A DNA stretch of 34,139 nt from Azoarcus sp. (GCA_041595655.1 JBFHJY010000001.1:1-34139); one strand, 5' to 3'. Shown: positions 6,637-18,733, numbered from the stretch's first letter. A program made the numbers and translations. Notes: a model not told the origin generated them from the sequence alone.

Positions 6637-8835
6637 TCAGTGCTCGATCCGCAACGGCGTGAACTCGGCCATGAAGTGCAGGATTTCTTCGCTGGGCAGG
6701 GGCTGACTGATCAGGAAGCCCTGAATGATGTCGCATTGCAGCGCATGCAGATGCCGGGCCTGCCCGATGGTCTCGACGCCCTCGGCCACGATCGACAGGC
6801 CGAGGCTGTGGCCCAGGGCGATGATGGCCTTCACGATGGAGGCCTTGCCGGCGTTGCTGGTCATGTCGGCGACGAACGACATGTCCACCTTGAGCTTGTC
6901 GACGGCCAGCTGCTGCAGGTAGCCGAGCGAGGAGTAGCCCGTTCCGAAGTCATCGATGGCGATGTGCAGGCCGAGCGACTTCAGCCTGCTGAGTGTCTCG
7001 AAGGAGTGCGCGCGATCGGCGATGACGGCGGTTTCGGTCAGTTCCAGTTCGACGCATTCGGCCGGTACGCCGAATTCGTCCAGCATCGCACTCCAGGTGT
7101 CGAACAGCCGGCCGCGCGTCAGTTCGATGGCCGAGACGTTAACGGCTACGCGCGGCACCTCGATCCCGCTGTCGATCCAGGCCCGCACCTGGCGACAGGC
7201 TTCACGCACGACCCACGCTCCGATCGGTACGATCATGCCGTTCTCTTCGGCAAACGGGATGAACTCGGACGGCGCAATCAGCCCGCGCTCCGGATGTGTC
7301 CAGCGCACCAGCGCTTCGAGGCCGGTGATGCGGCCGGTCGCCAGTTCGATCTGCGGTTGATAGTGCAGGCGCAGGTCGCCGCGTTCGATGGCCTGGCGCA
7401 GGTCTGCTTCCAGCGCCAAACGCGTGCGTGCGCGCACCGACATGTCGGGTGAGAAGTAGCGCATGATGCCGCGGCCCTGCACCTTGGCCTGATGCAGGGC
7501 CGCGTTGGCATTGCTTTGCAGCGTTTCCGCGTCGGTGGCGTCGCTGGGGTAGATCGCAATGCCGATGCTGGCGTTGGCGTAGATCGTCTTGCCGCCGACG
7601 GAGAACGGCTCGCGCAGTGCATCGAGAAGTTGCTGGGCGCGCAGATCGGGCAATGGTGTGCCTTCGTGCAATTCGATCAGTACGTCGAATTCGTCGCCAC
7701 CGACACGCGCCAGCATGTCGCCACCCGGCACGACTGCCTCGAGGCGACGCGCCACCTCGATCAGCAGCTGGTCGCCGACGCTGTGGCCGAGGCTCTCGTT
7801 GATGGTCGTGAAGTTGTCCAGGTCGAGCAGCAGCAGTGCGAACTTCAAACCCTTGCGCTCGGCATGGCGCACGGCATGTTGCAGCAGTTCGGCAAACAGC
7901 ACGCGATTGGCCAGGCCGGTGAGGGCGTCGCGGTGCACGAGGTTACGGTATTTCTCCTCGCTGACCTGCAGCATGGCGGTACGCTGCGACAGCAGGTCTT
8001 CGAGGAAGCGGCGCAGCCGGGACAGTTCGAGATGGTGACGGATGCGTGCCCGTACTTCATCGATGTCGAAGGGCTTGGTGATGTAGTCGGCTGCGCCCAG
8101 TTCGAAACCACGCACCTTGTGCTGCGCGGCGTCTATGACGGTGACGAAGATCACCGGAAGTCTCGACCCCAGCGGGGTTTCCTTGATGCGCCGGCATACC
8201 TCGTAACCGTCCATGCCGGGCATGACGACATCAAGCAGGACCAGATCGGGCGGCGTCGGGCCGGTGACGATTTCCAGCGCACGCTCGCCGTTGCAGGCAA
8301 CCTGCACACGGTATTCATCCCGCAGCGCCCCGAGAAGCTCGTGCACGTTCTCCGGCACGTCGTCGACGACCAGTACCAGCGGGGATTCGTCACGATAGGC
8401 GGGTGTGCTGATATCGAACAGCACCGGGTTGCGGCGGAAGTTGCGCAGCTCCAGATGGTTGCGCACGCGCAGGCGAAGCAGGTCGGGATTGACCGGCTTG
8501 CTGATGTAGTCCGCCGCACCCATGGCGATGCCGCGCGATTCGTCGACGGCTTCGGACAGGGAGGTGACGAAAATCACCGGTATGTCGGCGGTGCCCGGAT
8601 CGAGCCTGAGCGCGGACAGCACCGCATGGCCATCCATGCCTGGCATGCGAATGTCGAGCAGCACGAGATCAGGCTGCGGCTGTCGCTTTGCCAGCTCGAG
8701 CGCCTTTTCGCCGCTGGTGGCGGCAAGAATGGCGTAGTCGTCGCGCAGCACGGTCATCAGCGCGTGCAGGTTCTCGGGCACGTCGTCGACGATGAGGAGG
8801 CGAGGCCGGCTATCGGGAGGCGTTGGAGTCATCAT
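6637..8835 (-). CDS. REC-REC-GGDEF-EAL response regulator (diguanylate cyclase/phosphodiesterase)
   Basis: Two receiver domains (DD...LLD.MPGMDG...FVT...KP), [40 protein letters not shown]. Start chosen at MMTP (8835/8832). Confidence 0.9.
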   Translation of the reverse strand: MMTPTPPDSRPRLLIVDDVPENLHALMTVLRDDYAILAATSGEKALELAKRQPQPDLVLLDIRMPGMDGHAVLSALRLDPGTADIPVIFVTSLSEAVDESRGIAMGAADYISKPVNPDLLRLRVRNHLELRNFRRNPVLFDISTPAYRDESPLVLVVDDVPENVHELLGALRDEYRVQVACNGERALEIVTGPTPPDLVLLDVVMPGMDGYEVCRRIKETPLGSRLPVIFVTVIDAAQHKVRGFELGAADYITKPFDIDEVRARIRHHLELSRLRRFLEDLLSQRTAMLQVSEEKYRNLVHRDALTGLANRVLFAELLQHAVRHAERKGLKFALLLLDLDNFTTINESLGHSVGDQLLIEVARRLEAVVPGGDMLARVGGDEFDVLIELHEGTPLPDLRAQQLLDALREPFSVGGKTIYANASIGIAIYPSDATDAETLQSNANAALHQAKVQGRGIMRYFSPDMSVRARTRLALEADLRQAIERGDLRLHYQPQIELATGRITGLEALVRWTHPERGLIAPSEFIPFAEENGMIVPIGAWVVREACRQVRAWIDSGIEVPRVAVNVSAIELTRGRLFDTWSAMLDEFGVPAECVELELTETAVIADRAHSFETLSRLKSLGLHIAIDDFGTGYSSLGYLQQLAVDKLKVDMSFVADMTSNAGKASIVKAIIALGHSLGLSIVAEGVETIGQARHLHALQCDIIQGFLISQPLPSEEILHFMAEFTPLRIEH

Positions 8836-11800
8836 GCTCGGGGCTTGTCCGACCGTTGTCGTGAAGCTCGGCGAGCGCCGAGAGTGCGCCGTCGATGTCG
8901 AAAACGTCAAGGCGTTCGTGCAGCGCTTCGGCTGCGTCCGCGAAGGGGGTGCCACGCAGCCCGGCACAAAGTTCGGCGACGATGGGTTCGGCAGCCCCCA
9001 GGTCGTTCTCGAGAGCGGATCGCAGCCTTTCAAGCAAAGCTACCCGTGCATCGGCCGAGAGCGGCTTGCCGTGCGCTGATGCGGGCGGTGCGTGCGTGGC
9101 GAGCAGGGCGTCGATTTCGTCCATCGTTTCGCGCAGACAGGATTCCGCATGCTCCAGCAGCGCAGGTGCCGGCGTGTGACCCTGCCTCAGGAGGGAGTCG
9201 ATCTCGTCCAGGTGCTGGTGCAGTGCCGTCGCGCCGACGTTGCCGCTGACCCCCTTCGATGCGTGGCAGAAGGCTTCGGCCTGGCGTGGTCCTTGCGACA
9301 GGAGCTGACGCAGTTCGGCGATGGCATTGGCGTAATGCTCGCGGAAACGCTGCAGCTGGCGCAGGTAGGCCTCAGGCTTCCCGCCGATGCGTCGCAGGCC
9401 TTCCCGCGCGTCGAGGGTCTGCAGCCTTAGAAATTCGGCGGGGATCGTGCTGCCGCCACGCGGGCTGCCGGCAAGACTGGGGGCGGCCTCCGCATCGGGG
9501 CATATCCAGTGCTGCAGGACGGTCATCAGACGGTCTGGCGAAATCGGCTTCGTGACATGGTCATTCATGCCGGCCGCACTGGAGACCTCGGCATCGCTGC
9601 TCATCGCCAGTGCGGTCATGGCGATGATGGGCAGGCGGGACAGATGTTCCAGGCCGGGTTCCCGGCCGAGTGAGCGGATCTTGCGCGTGGCCTCGAGACC
9701 GCTCATGAGCGGCATCTGGATGTCCATCAGTACGGCGTCGTAGTCATGCTTCCTGACCTTCTCGACTGCAACCGCACCGTCGGGCGCTGCATCGACTTCG
9801 ATGCCTTCGCTGCGCAACAGTTCAGTGGCGAATTCGCGGTTGATGGCGTTGTCCTCGACGAGCAGGATACGCGCGCCCGCCAGCCGGCCCGGCGCGCTCA
9901 GCTCGGGGGGGCGTGGCGAGCCATCCGGGGGGCGGGTGATGCGGCCGCGACCGGTCACGCTGAGGATGGTGTCGAGCAGTGTCGAAGGAGATGCCGGCTT
10001 GATCAGGAAACCGTCCACGCCGGGCTGTTCGGACAGCCGGATGACTTCCTCGCGTCCGTGGGCGGCCATCATCACGATGCGCGGACGCGATTCGACCCGC
10101 ATGTCCGTCAGGATGCGGCGTGCCGCCTCGTCACCCTGCATGTCGGGCATGTGCGAGTCCATCAGGATCAGATCCCATGGCAGGGTTGCGTCCCGAACTG
10201 CGGAGACGGCTTCTGCGCCGCTGCTGGCGGTACCGACATCGAGCCGGAAGAAACTCAGCAACTCGCTGAGGATCTTGCGTGATGCATCGTTGTCGTCAAC
10301 CACCAGCACACGGACGCCACGCAACTGCGGACCAATCTGGTCGAACAGTTGTCGCTGGAGTGGTTCGGCCGCAGGAGCAAAACCGAGCTCCACCGTGAAG
10401 CACATCGTCGTGCCTGCGCCCGGCGCGGAATCCTCGACCCAGATGCGCCCTCCCATCATTTCCACCAGCGTGCGACTGATGGCCAGCCCCAGACCGGTAC
10501 CGCCAAAACGGCGGGTGGTGCTCTGGTCTGCCTGTGAGAATTTCTCGAACAGATGCTGCTGGGCCTCCCGGCTCATGCCGATGCCGGAATCCCGCACGCT
10601 GACCCGCAGCGTGAGACTTCTGCCGTGATTGCCGAGGCGCTGGAAAGCCAATTCGACCTCGCCGCGCTCGGTGAACTTGATTGCATTGCTGCACAGGTTG
10701 AGCAGGACCTGTCCGAGTCGCAACGGGTCACCCAGAAGTCGCTGCGGGATGGACGGGTCACAGTGAATGAGGAATTCGATCCCTTTCTGCCCTGCCTGGA
10801 AGCCGACGGTGTCGACGAGTTGTTCGAGGATGTGCTCGAGTGTGAACTCCACTTGTTCGAGTTCAAGCTTGCCGGACTCGATCTTGGAGATGTCGAGAAT
10901 GTCGTTGATGATGCCCAGCATCGATTGCGCCGCCCCTTGAGCCTTGTTCAGGTAGCTGCGAATTTGTGGAGCCATTTCGCCTTTCAATGCCAGATGCTGC
11001 ATGCCCAGGATGGCGTTCATGGGCGTGCGGATCTCATGGCTCATGTTGGCGAGGAAGTCGCTCTTGATGCGGCTGGCGCGTTCGGCTTCATCCTTGGCCT
11101 GCTGAAGTTCGGCCGTGCGTTCCGTCACCTGACGTTCCAGATTGGCGCGCTCGAACCGGAGTGCTTCGGCCGTTTCGCTCAGTTGGCGCGTACGCAGTTC
11201 GACCTGACGCCGCAACAACATGCTTGCCGCAGCCAGCAACAGCAGTCCGCCCACCAGCGCTGCGAGCGACATCTGCACCCAGCGCGGAATCAGTACCTCG
11301 GGAGGAGGGATCATGGCGGACTGCAGCGCGCGGTAATAGACCGAATCGCTGTCCCGCCGCCAGCGCGCCAGATGGAAATCTATGCGTTCAAGCAGATCCG
11401 GGTGTGCGTTGCGGGCGGTGGCGAAATACAGCATGGTCGGCAGGAACACGATCGGTGTCTCCACCAGCCGATAATGCGAGCCGTTGCGCGCTGCAAAGAA
11501 GCTGTTGGTGACAACGACGTCGGCTTCGCCACCCTCGACGGCCATGTAGGCCTGTTCCAGCGAATCGACCGTAACCGGTTGGAAGCGGATGTTGGCGCTG
11601 CCCAGCAATTGCTCCAGGAAGGTGAATTGCACACCGCCCCGCAGCAGCGCGATGCGCGAACCGTCCAGATCGGACAGGTCCATGACGTGACGCGAGGGGT
11701 GGGCGTAGATCTGTGACCAGCTGCTTGCCACGGAAATGCGGTGGAAATCGAAGCGTTTTGCGCGTTCCGCGGTAAACGCGACATCCGGCATCAGATCCAG

Positions 11801-12070
11801 TTCGCCGTTCTCGAGCAGCTCGAGGCAACGTGACCAGTCGCAGGAGCGGTAATCGAGCTTCCAGCCTTCAGCCTTGGCGATGGCGTCCAGCAGCTCGCCG
11901 AACAGCCCCGCAGGATCGCCGTTGGCATCGGTGTAGAGCTTTGGGGCGTTCTCGTAGAGTCCGACGGTGACGACGCGCCGTGAGCCGCTGGAATACGGCA
12001 CATCCCATGCCGGTGCCAGCAGTGCAGCGGCAATGATCAGCAGGAAGAGGACCCCGGCGCCTTTTTTCAT
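8810..12070 (-). CDS. Hybrid sensor histidine kinase (periplasmic solute-binding sensor, HisKA, HATPase, 2 REC, HPt)
   Basis: N-terminal hydrophobic segment, PBP-type domain, [34 protein letters not shown], two REC domains and HPt HASKG. Start chosen at MKKG (12070). Confidence 0.9.
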   Translation of the reverse strand: MKKGAGVLFLLIIAAALLAPAWDVPYSSGSRRVVTVGLYENAPKLYTDANGDPAGLFGELLDAIAKAEGWKLDYRSCDWSRCLELLENGELDLMPDVAFTAERAKRFDFHRISVASSWSQIYAHPSRHVMDLSDLDGSRIALLRGGVQFTFLEQLLGSANIRFQPVTVDSLEQAYMAVEGGEADVVVTNSFFAARNGSHYRLVETPIVFLPTMLYFATARNAHPDLLERIDFHLARWRRDSDSVYYRALQSAMIPPPEVLIPRWVQMSLAALVGGLLLLAAASMLLRRQVELRTRQLSETAEALRFERANLERQVTERTAELQQAKDEAERASRIKSDFLANMSHEIRTPMNAILGMQHLALKGEMAPQIRSYLNKAQGAAQSMLGIINDILDISKIESGKLELEQVEFTLEHILEQLVDTVGFQAGQKGIEFLIHCDPSIPQRLLGDPLRLGQVLLNLCSNAIKFTERGEVELAFQRLGNHGRSLTLRVSVRDSGIGMSREAQQHLFEKFSQADQSTTRRFGGTGLGLAISRTLVEMMGGRIWVEDSAPGAGTTMCFTVELGFAPAAEPLQRQLFDQIGPQLRGVRVLVVDDNDASRKILSELLSFFRLDVGTASSGAEAVSAVRDATLPWDLILMDSHMPDMQGDEAARRILTDMRVESRPRIVMMAAHGREEVIRLSEQPGVDGFLIKPASPSTLLDTILSVTGRGRITRPPDGSPRPPELSAPGRLAGARILLVEDNAINREFATELLRSEGIEVDAAPDGAVAVEKVRKHDYDAVLMDIQMPLMSGLEATRKIRSLGREPGLEHLSRLPIIAMTALAMSSDAEVSSAAGMNDHVTKPISPDRLMTVLQHWICPDAEAAPSLAGSPRGGSTIPAEFLRLQTLDAREGLRRIGGKPEAYLRQLQRFREHYANAIAELRQLLSQGPRQAEAFCHASKGVSGNVGATALHQHLDEIDSLLRQGHTPAPALLEHAESCLRETMDEIDALLATHAPPASAHGKPLSADARVALLERLRSALENDLGAAEPIVAELCAGLRGTPFADAAEALHERLDVFDIDGALSALAELHDNGRTSPEHDDSNASR

Positions 12071-12298
12071 GCTGAAACATTTGCGTTCAAGGTCATGGCG
12101 GCATCCGGTGCGGGCGTGCCGAAGGCATCGTGTCACGTCCGCGACATGACGTCCGGCAGCTGTTTGGCGCATTCGAGGCACACCCAGTCATGCACACTGG
12201 ATGCGATTGCAGCTTAAGTGTTCGGCGACGCGATGGAAAGCGTCAGGTGCTTGTGAGCGTTCGAAAGTGCCTGACCGCACGTGTATCTGCGGGAAGGT

Positions 12299-13243
12299 TC
12301 AGGCTGCCTGTTCGATACGGTTGCGGCCATCCCTTTTTGCGCGGTAGAGCAACTGGTCAACCTGCCGCAGCAGTTGATGTGGATCATCATCTTTGCTGTC
12401 GGGGATGATGGATCCAAGCCCCAGACTGACGGTTACGAACGGATCGGTGGACGAGCCTGCGTGCGGAATGCCCAGTTCCACTACTGCGGAGCGCAAGCGC
12501 TCTGCCAGAGTCTGCGCTGCAGCCGCATCGGTTTCAGGCAGGATCAGTACGAATTCCTCACCGCCGAAACGCGCGAGGAAGTCGCGTGGGCGTTGGGCCG
12601 TGTTGGCGAGCGTTTGTGCCACGCGACGCAGGCAGTCGTCACCGGCCAGGTGGCCGTAACAATCGTTGTATTCCTTGAAGTGATCGATGTCGATCATCAC
12701 CAGGGTCAGTGGCTGGGCGTTGCGATGTGCGCTGGCCCACTCCCGTGCAAGCACGGTATCGAACATGCGGCGATTGAATACGCCGGTCAGTCCGTCCCTG
12801 AACGAGAGGTCCTCGAGTTCGCGTTGCAGCCGCAGCAATTGCTCCTCCGTGCGTTTGCGTTCGCTGATGTCGAACATGAAGCCGATCAGCGCTTCGACCG
12901 CGTCGTCTGCCGCACGCACGACGTGCACCACGTCACGTATCCACACGTACTCGCCGTCTGCGCGCAGCGCCCGATAGTCCGCTTCATGATCGGTGCCGGC
13001 CTGCGACTGAGCGACACAGAACCCGACAACGCGGTCGCGATCCTCAGGGTGCATGCGTGCGGCCCAGTCATCGACGCTGATCCAGCTCTCCGGCGTCCAT
13101 CCGAGCAGCTCCTCGATCTGCGGGCCGATATAGGTGAACCTCAGAGTCTGCCAGTCGATGCGCCATGGAATGGCCTTGGTCGATTCGAGCAGGGCCTTGT
13201 AGACCAGACTGTCCTCTTGCAGCCGCGGGGAGCTTTCGGTCAT
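12299..13243 (-). CDS. PAS-domain diguanylate cyclase
   Basis: PAS (MHPEDR...DYR...GEYVWIRD), DGLTGVFNRR, DIDHFK, RPRD I-site and GGEEF. Confidence 0.9.
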   Translation of the reverse strand: MTESSPRLQEDSLVYKALLESTKAIPWRIDWQTLRFTYIGPQIEELLGWTPESWISVDDWAARMHPEDRDRVVGFCVAQSQAGTDHEADYRALRADGEYVWIRDVVHVVRAADDAVEALIGFMFDISERKRTEEQLLRLQRELEDLSFRDGLTGVFNRRMFDTVLAREWASAHRNAQPLTLVMIDIDHFKEYNDCYGHLAGDDCLRRVAQTLANTAQRPRDFLARFGGEEFVLILPETDAAAAQTLAERLRSAVVELGIPHAGSSTDPFVTVSLGLGSIIPDSKDDDPHQLLRQVDQLLYRAKRDGRNRIEQAA

Positions 13244-13355
13244 CGGAGTCTCGTGCCGGATCCCGCATGAAGGATCGTGAGGCCTGGTTGGTGTGAGGCG
13301 CGGCGGCGGCCGTGCACCCGAAAGGGATGAAATGGGACCGACGTGTGCACTACCT

Positions 13356-13556
13356 CTACCAGTGAGGAGGAATCTCGTCCTCCGGCCGGCTCGAGCCGGT
13401 CGGCTGCAGTGTCTTCACCTGCTGGGCGAGCTGGCGCAACTGCTGACGCAGCTGGTCGATCTCCTGTTGCTGGCGCCAGACCGTGCGGTTGAGCTCGTCG
13501 AGCTGGTCCTCCGTGCCCATCAGTTTGGTTTCGATATTCTCGATGCGTTCCTGCAT
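13356..13556 (-). CDS. slyX: SlyX family protein (start 13556 or 13562)
   Basis: Coiled coil ERIENIETKL...LDELN...QQQEIDQL with C-terminal DEIPPHW. Confidence 0.85.
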   Translation of the reverse strand: MQERIENIETKLMGTEDQLDELNRTVWRQQQEIDQLRQQLRQLAQQVKTLQPTGSSRPEDEIPPHW

Positions 13557-13667
13557 GACCATGTCGTCCGTGATGTGGCTGCCATGCTACGCCATCCGCG
13601 CAGCGGCCGCAGTCCGTGATTGCCCGTGTTCTAATCCGGGCTGTAAACCGTTCCGGAGTCACGCGTC

Positions 13668-15527
13668 ATGACCGCAGATCAGATCCTGATCCTGATCATT
13701 CTCGTCGCCACCGTCGGCATGTTCCTGTGGGGGCGCTGGCGGCATGACATGGTGGCGGTGGGCGCGCTGCTGGCCTGCGTGCTGGGGGGGCTGGTGGCGC
13801 CGGCCGAAGCGTTTGCCGGCTTTGGCCATCCGGCAGTGGTGACTGTGGCCTGCGTGCTGGTGCTGAGCCGCGCATTGCAGGTGTCCGGAGCGGTAGACGT
13901 CCTGACGCGCCGCGTGCTGCCGGCAAGCGCCGGACCGACCCTGAGCATCGGCGCCCTGGCGCTGCTGGCGGCGGTACTGTCGGGCTTCATGAACAACGTC
14001 GGTGCGCTGGCACTGCTGATGCCCGTGGCGCTGCAGATCGCGGGCCGGCTGGAACTGCCCCCGGGCAAGGTTCTGATGCCGTTGGCCTTTGCCTCCATCC
14101 TGGGAGGAACGACTACCCTCATCGGTACGCCGCCCAACCTCATCGTCTCCGGTTTTCGTGCCAACCAGCCTGCTATGGAGGGCTTCGGCATGTTCGCCTT
14201 CAGCGGGGTCGGCGTGCCCCTGACGCTGGTCGGGGTGCTGTTCATCGCGCTGGTCGGCTGGCGTCTGGTGCCGAGGCGCGAGCATGCTGGCGCGGAAGGC
14301 TTCGACACGGCGGCCTATTTCACCGAAGCCCGCGTACCCGCCAGCAGCAAGGCTGACGGCATGCGTCTGCGCGAGATCGAGCGCGAGCTGGACGAAGCCG
14401 ATGCGCAGATCGTCGGTCTGGTGCGCAACGAGGTTCGCATGACGGCGCCCAGCGGTGGTCGTGTCGTGCAAGCCGGCGATATCCTGGTGATCGAGGCGGA
14501 TGCCGATGATCTGCCGGACGTGCTGTCCCGGCTCGGGCTGGAGCTGGAAGAGGCACGAACTCCCGATAACGGGGATGCAGAGCAGGCCGCCGAGGGGGGC
14601 GACGGCAAGGGGGCGGACGACCTCTCTGCCGCCGACGGGGAGGAAGAGGACAAGCCACGCAGTGACGACATCGTGCTGCAGGAACTGGTGGTGCGCCAAG
14701 AGTCGGCCTTCATCGGACGCAGTGCGAGTGACATCCAGCTGCGTTCGCGCTACGGCATCAACCTGCTCGCCGTATCGCGCGAAGGTCGCGACGCCCGCAC
14801 CCGCTTGCGCAGCCTGCGCATACGGCAGGGTGACGTGCTGCTGATGCAGGGGGCGCCCGAATCGATCGCGGAATTCGCGGCCGACTTCGGCTGCGTGCCA
14901 CTGGCCAGCCGTGATCTGCACATCCCGAACCGCCGCAAGGCCATCGCTGCGTCGCTGGTGATGCTGGTATCGGTACTGGTCGCCGCGCTGGGCTGGTTGC
15001 CGGCGGCGGTGGCCTTTGCCGGCGGCGTGCTGGCGACGATGATCCTGCGCACGGTCTCGCCGGCACAGGTCTATCACGCCGTGGACTGGCCGGTGGTGGT
15101 CTTGCTCGCCGCTCTGCTGCCGGTGGCCGGCGCGATGCAGGATGCCGGCGCAGCCGATCTGGTCGCCCGTCTGCTGCTCGACAACCTCGCGCGCGGTGAC
15201 GCGGTGATCGGTCTGGTCGTGATTCTGGTGACCACCATGGTGCTGACCGATCTGATGAACAACGCCGCGACCGCCGCCGTGATGGCGCCGATCGCGCTGG
15301 GCGCTGCGCTGCAGCTGGGTGTGAATCCGGACACCTTCCTGATGGCGGTTGCTGTCGGCGCCTCCTGCGCCTTTCTGACCCCGATCGGCCACCAGAACAA
15401 TACGCTCATCCTTGGCCCGGGCGGTTTCCGCTTCGGCGATTACTGGCGCATGGGGCTGCCGGTGGACGTCATCGTCATCGCGCTGGGTGTGCCTATGCTG
15501 TTGATGGTCTGGCCGCTTGGAGGGTGA
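13668..15527 (+). CDS. SLC13/CitM-type permease with two TrkA-C (RCK_C) domains
   Basis: SGFMNNVG, TLIGTPPNL, MNNAAT, FLTPIGHQNN and GGFRFGDYWR; central soluble TrkA-C pair with an acidic linker. Confidence 0.88.
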   Translation: MTADQILILIILVATVGMFLWGRWRHDMVAVGALLACVLGGLVAPAEAFAGFGHPAVVTVACVLVLSRALQVSGAVDVLTRRVLPASAGPTLSIGALALLAAVLSGFMNNVGALALLMPVALQIAGRLELPPGKVLMPLAFASILGGTTTLIGTPPNLIVSGFRANQPAMEGFGMFAFSGVGVPLTLVGVLFIALVGWRLVPRREHAGAEGFDTAAYFTEARVPASSKADGMRLREIERELDEADAQIVGLVRNEVRMTAPSGGRVVQAGDILVIEADADDLPDVLSRLGLELEEARTPDNGDAEQAAEGGDGKGADDLSAADGEEEDKPRSDDIVLQELVVRQESAFIGRSASDIQLRSRYGINLLAVSREGRDARTRLRSLRIRQGDVLLMQGAPESIAEFAADFGCVPLASRDLHIPNRRKAIAASLVMLVSVLVAALGWLPAAVAFAGGVLATMILRTVSPAQVYHAVDWPVVVLLAALLPVAGAMQDAGAADLVARLLLDNLARGDAVIGLVVILVTTMVLTDLMNNAATAAVMAPIALGAALQLGVNPDTFLMAVAVGASCAFLTPIGHQNNTLILGPGGFRFGDYWRMGLPVDVIVIALGVPMLLMVWPLGG

Positions 15528-15585
15528 GCGTTGCCGGCGGTGTATGGGGCGGGGCGCAGAGGGTGCGCGTCAGCGCAAGATTGAA

Positions 15586-15625
15586 AACACAAGGCCCAAC
15601 TCCTTTCGGAGTTGGGCCTTGTGTT
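15586..15625. terminator. Long hairpin terminator between the convergent permease and nrdJ genes
   Basis: Perfect 18-bp stem AACACAAGGCCCAACTCC-tttc-GGAGTTGGGCCTTGTGTT (GAAA loop on the minus strand). Confidence 0.75.
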
Positions 15626-15688
15626 GTAAACCCCCAGTCGCAGCTTATGGGGTGTCCGATACGGTCCGGCTGAGGGCGCTGCTGCGGG

Positions 15689-18586
15689 TCAGCCGCAGGT
15701 CCCTACCGCCCCGCAGGCAGTGCAGAAGTCGCAGCCGTCCTTGCGGATCACGGAGTGGTTGCCGCATTCGGAACACAGGCCGCCCTGCATCACCTCCGGG
15801 TCGCTGCCCTTGTGCGGGGCTTCGAGGATGCCCATTTCGCGGGTCGGGAAGCCTTCCTCGTCGAGCACGCCGAGCATGGCGTAGCGGTGGATGATCAGGC
15901 GAGCCATGTAGGCGACCGTGCTCGGGAAGTTCTGCTGACGACGGGTGCCCGGGACGAAGGCCATGAAGTCGCCGAGCGGTTCCGGATAGCTCAGTAGCTT
16001 GCGCAGCTTCATGCCGATCCAGGCCGGGTCCATCACCCGCATGTCCAGCGCGAGGATGCGCGTGAGGCCGTCGAGCGCACGCGGGTAGTTGCCGGACAGC
16101 CACACCGAGTAGGGGCGGGTGACGCCGTCGGGCAGGGTGATTTCCTTCAGGCCCAGCACGAAGTCTTCATTGGTGGCCGGGTTGGAAATGTCGACCGTCC
16201 AGGACAGCGTGCCGTCGGTGCCGGTCTTGGGTTCCTGCAGGCTGAACAGCGTGTCGAGCACCGGCGTCGGGGCGTCGCCGTCAAGCGCCTTGAGCTTCTC
16301 GCAGCGGTAGCGCACGACCTGGGCGAAGGCCGAGACCACGCCCGGGAACATCTTCTTCTCGCCGTGCGGCGGGAAGGGCATCTCGAAGGACTTCTCGCCA
16401 ATGGTCTGGGCCAGCGTATCGAGCTTGAGCTTGAGCCAGCCACGGTCGTTGGCGCGCATGTCCATCGACAACGTCTTGGCCACTGCACCGAGACCGCGCG
16501 GCTGGTCGGCGCCGTTCACCCACACTTCGAACGGGAAGGCGTCGTGGCCCTTGGCATCGGTCGTGAAGTTGCCTTCGGCGTCGCGCTCGATGTGGCCGAC
16601 GAACAGCGCGAACTCGCCCTGCGGGCTGTTGAGCATGTAGGTCCACGCCATGTTGCCGTCCGGCATGTCGGGGCGGCCGGGCCAGCGCAGGCTGGACAGC
16701 ACCGGGGCCGGCAGGCTCTTGATCGACAGACGGCGGTTGGCGTCGGTGATCTCGACGTCCTGCGGCTGTTTCTGCTCTTCGGTCGGGGTCACCGACAGGA
16801 CCGAGCCCAGCACGCTGTTCGGGCGATAGGTGGCAAGCCCCTTGAGACCGGCCTTCCAGGCGCTCATGTAGAGGTCCTCGAAGTCGGCGTAGGGGTAGTC
16901 GGCAGGCACGTTGACCGTCTTCGAGATGGACGTGTCAACGTAGGGTGCGACGGCCGCGACGATGTTCTTGTGTGCCTCGGCCGAGATTTCCAGCGCGGTG
17001 ACGAAGTAGGGCGGCAGATTGTTCACGTCGCCGCCGCCGTGTTTGTACAGGCGCCAGGCATAGTCCTCGACGGCGTACTCCTTGAAGGTGCCGTCGGCCA
17101 TGCGTTTGCGGCGCGTGTAGGTGTAGGAGAACGGCGGCTCGATGCCGTTGGAGGCATTGTCCGCAAAGGCCAGCGAGATGGTGCCGGTCGGCGCGATCGA
17201 CAGCAGGTGCGAGTTACGGATGCCGTGCTTGCGGATCTTGTCCTTGATGTCGTGGGGCAGACGAGAGGCGAAATTGCCGCCGGACAGGTACATGTCGGCA
17301 TTGAACAGCGGGAAGGCGCCACGCTCTTCGGCCAGAGCGGCGGAGGCCAGATAGGAACGGTTGCGCATGAACTCGGCGATCTTCGTCGCCATGGCGCAGG
17401 CCTCGGCAGTGTCGTAGCGCAGGCACAGCATGATCAGCGCGTCACCCAGACCGGTGAAGCCGAGACCGACGCGACGCTTGTTCTGCGCCTCGCGATGCTG
17501 CTCTTCGAGCGGCCAGTGAGTGGCTTCGAGCACGTTGTCGAGCATGCGGACCGAGACGTCGACGACCCGGCCGAAGCCTTCGAAATCGAAGCTGGCCTTG
17601 TCGGTGAACGGATTCTTGACGAACGGGGTGAGGTTGATCGAGCCCAGGCAGCAGCAACCATAAGGCGGCAGCGGCTGTTCGGCGCAGGGATTGGTCGCCT
17701 CGATGGTTTCGCAGTAGTACAGGTTGTTGTCCTGGTTCATGCGGTCGAGGAACAGGATGCCCGGTTCGGCGTGGTCATAGGTCGAGCGCATGACCTGGTC
17801 CCACAGGTCGCGTGCGCGTACCTTGCGGTACACCCACATGCCGTCGTCGCGCTGGTAGGCGCCTGCCTCGCGCAGTTCGGCGGTGGGTTCTGCCTTGTGC
17901 ACCAGTTCGACGAGGGTGTCCTTCTCTACCGCCTTCATGAACGGGTCGGTGACACCCAGCGAGATGTTGAAATTGGTGAGGTCACCGTGGTCCTTGGCGT
18001 GGATGAAGTCCTCGATGTCCGGGTGGTCGCAGCGCAGCACGCCCATCTGCGCACCGCGGCGGGCGCCGGCCGATTCGACCGTCTCGCACGAGCGGTCGAA
18101 CACGCGCATGTAGGACACCGGGCCGGAGGCGTTGGACTGGGTGCCCTTGACCATTGCGCCCTTCGGGCGGATCGACGAGAAGTCGTAGCCGACGCCGCCG
18201 CCGCGCCGCATGGTCTCGGCGGCTTCGGCCAGCGCGGTGTAGATGCCCGGGCGACCATCGACGGACTCGGTGACGGAGTCGCCAACCGGTTGGACGAAGC
18301 AGTTGATCAGGGTTGCGGCGAGGGTGGTACCGGCGGCGCTGTTGATGCGTCCGGCCGGCACGAAGCCATGCTCCTGCGCTTCCAAGAACTTCGCTTCCCA
18401 GAAGGCGCGTTTGTCTTCGGCCTCGACTGCTGCGAGGGCGCGTGCGACGCGAGCGCGCACTTCGGCGATCGTGGTCTCATCATTCTTGGCGTACTTCTCG
18501 ACCAGGACCTCGGCGCAGATTTCCTGCTCTTTCAAGGTGCTGGCGTCGGCTCGGATCGCGGCGGGGGCGGAGTTCTTGGCGCTCAT
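15689..18586 (-). CDS. nrdJ: Adenosylcobalamin-dependent (class II) ribonucleotide reductase
   Basis: [52 protein letters not shown] and C-terminal CSECG...CDFCTAC Zn ribbon. Start MSAK follows GGAG. Confidence 0.93.
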   Translation of the reverse strand: MSAKNSAPAAIRADASTLKEQEICAEVLVEKYAKNDETTIAEVRARVARALAAVEAEDKRAFWEAKFLEAQEHGFVPAGRINSAAGTTLAATLINCFVQPVGDSVTESVDGRPGIYTALAEAAETMRRGGGVGYDFSSIRPKGAMVKGTQSNASGPVSYMRVFDRSCETVESAGARRGAQMGVLRCDHPDIEDFIHAKDHGDLTNFNISLGVTDPFMKAVEKDTLVELVHKAEPTAELREAGAYQRDDGMWVYRKVRARDLWDQVMRSTYDHAEPGILFLDRMNQDNNLYYCETIEATNPCAEQPLPPYGCCCLGSINLTPFVKNPFTDKASFDFEGFGRVVDVSVRMLDNVLEATHWPLEEQHREAQNKRRVGLGFTGLGDALIMLCLRYDTAEACAMATKIAEFMRNRSYLASAALAEERGAFPLFNADMYLSGGNFASRLPHDIKDKIRKHGIRNSHLLSIAPTGTISLAFADNASNGIEPPFSYTYTRRKRMADGTFKEYAVEDYAWRLYKHGGGDVNNLPPYFVTALEISAEAHKNIVAAVAPYVDTSISKTVNVPADYPYADFEDLYMSAWKAGLKGLATYRPNSVLGSVLSVTPTEEQKQPQDVEITDANRRLSIKSLPAPVLSSLRWPGRPDMPDGNMAWTYMLNSPQGEFALFVGHIERDAEGNFTTDAKGHDAFPFEVWVNGADQPRGLGAVAKTLSMDMRANDRGWLKLKLDTLAQTIGEKSFEMPFPPHGEKKMFPGVVSAFAQVVRYRCEKLKALDGDAPTPVLDTLFSLQEPKTGTDGTLSWTVDISNPATNEDFVLGLKEITLPDGVTRPYSVWLSGNYPRALDGLTRILALDMRVMDPAWIGMKLRKLLSYPEPLGDFMAFVPGTRRQQNFPSTVAYMARLIIHRYAMLGVLDEEGFPTREMGILEAPHKGSDPEVMQGGLCSECGNHSVIRKDGCDFCTACGAVGTCG

Positions 18587-18652
18587 GATCTCGGGGGGCT
18601 CCATGTTTGTTTCGGGACAGCCGCAAGCATAGCTGCAGACGGCGTATTTCGC

Positions 18653-18685
18653 AAAAATTTAAATACTTTTAAAAACAATAACTTG
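18653..18685. promoter_or_regulatory. Putative IHF site upstream of nrdJ
   Basis: AAACAA-TAAC-TTG (18673-18685), one mismatch to WATCAA-N4-TTR, preceded by an A/T tract. Confidence 0.4.
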
Positions 18686-18717
18686 GTTCTTCCGTCGGTA
18701 TGTTACAAAGCTTTTGC

Positions 18718-18733
18718 GCACTATATCTAGTAG
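18718..18733. promoter_or_regulatory. NrdR box
   Basis: GCACTATATCTAGTAG resembles acaCwAtATaTwGtgt and lies about 130 bp upstream of nrdJ. Confidence 0.7.

Noticed and set aside
7492-9249. 585-aa plus-strand ORF
   Set aside because: Antisense shadow of the GGDEF-EAL gene, expected in high-GC coding DNA.
13659-15392. 577-aa minus-strand ORF
   Set aside because: Antisense shadow of the SLC13 permease with no motifs.
15586-15625. REP/MITE or CRISPR-like repeat
   Set aside because: Single copy between convergent genes; best explained as a terminator.
16364-18730. 788-aa plus-strand ORF
   Set aside because: Antisense shadow of nrdJ.
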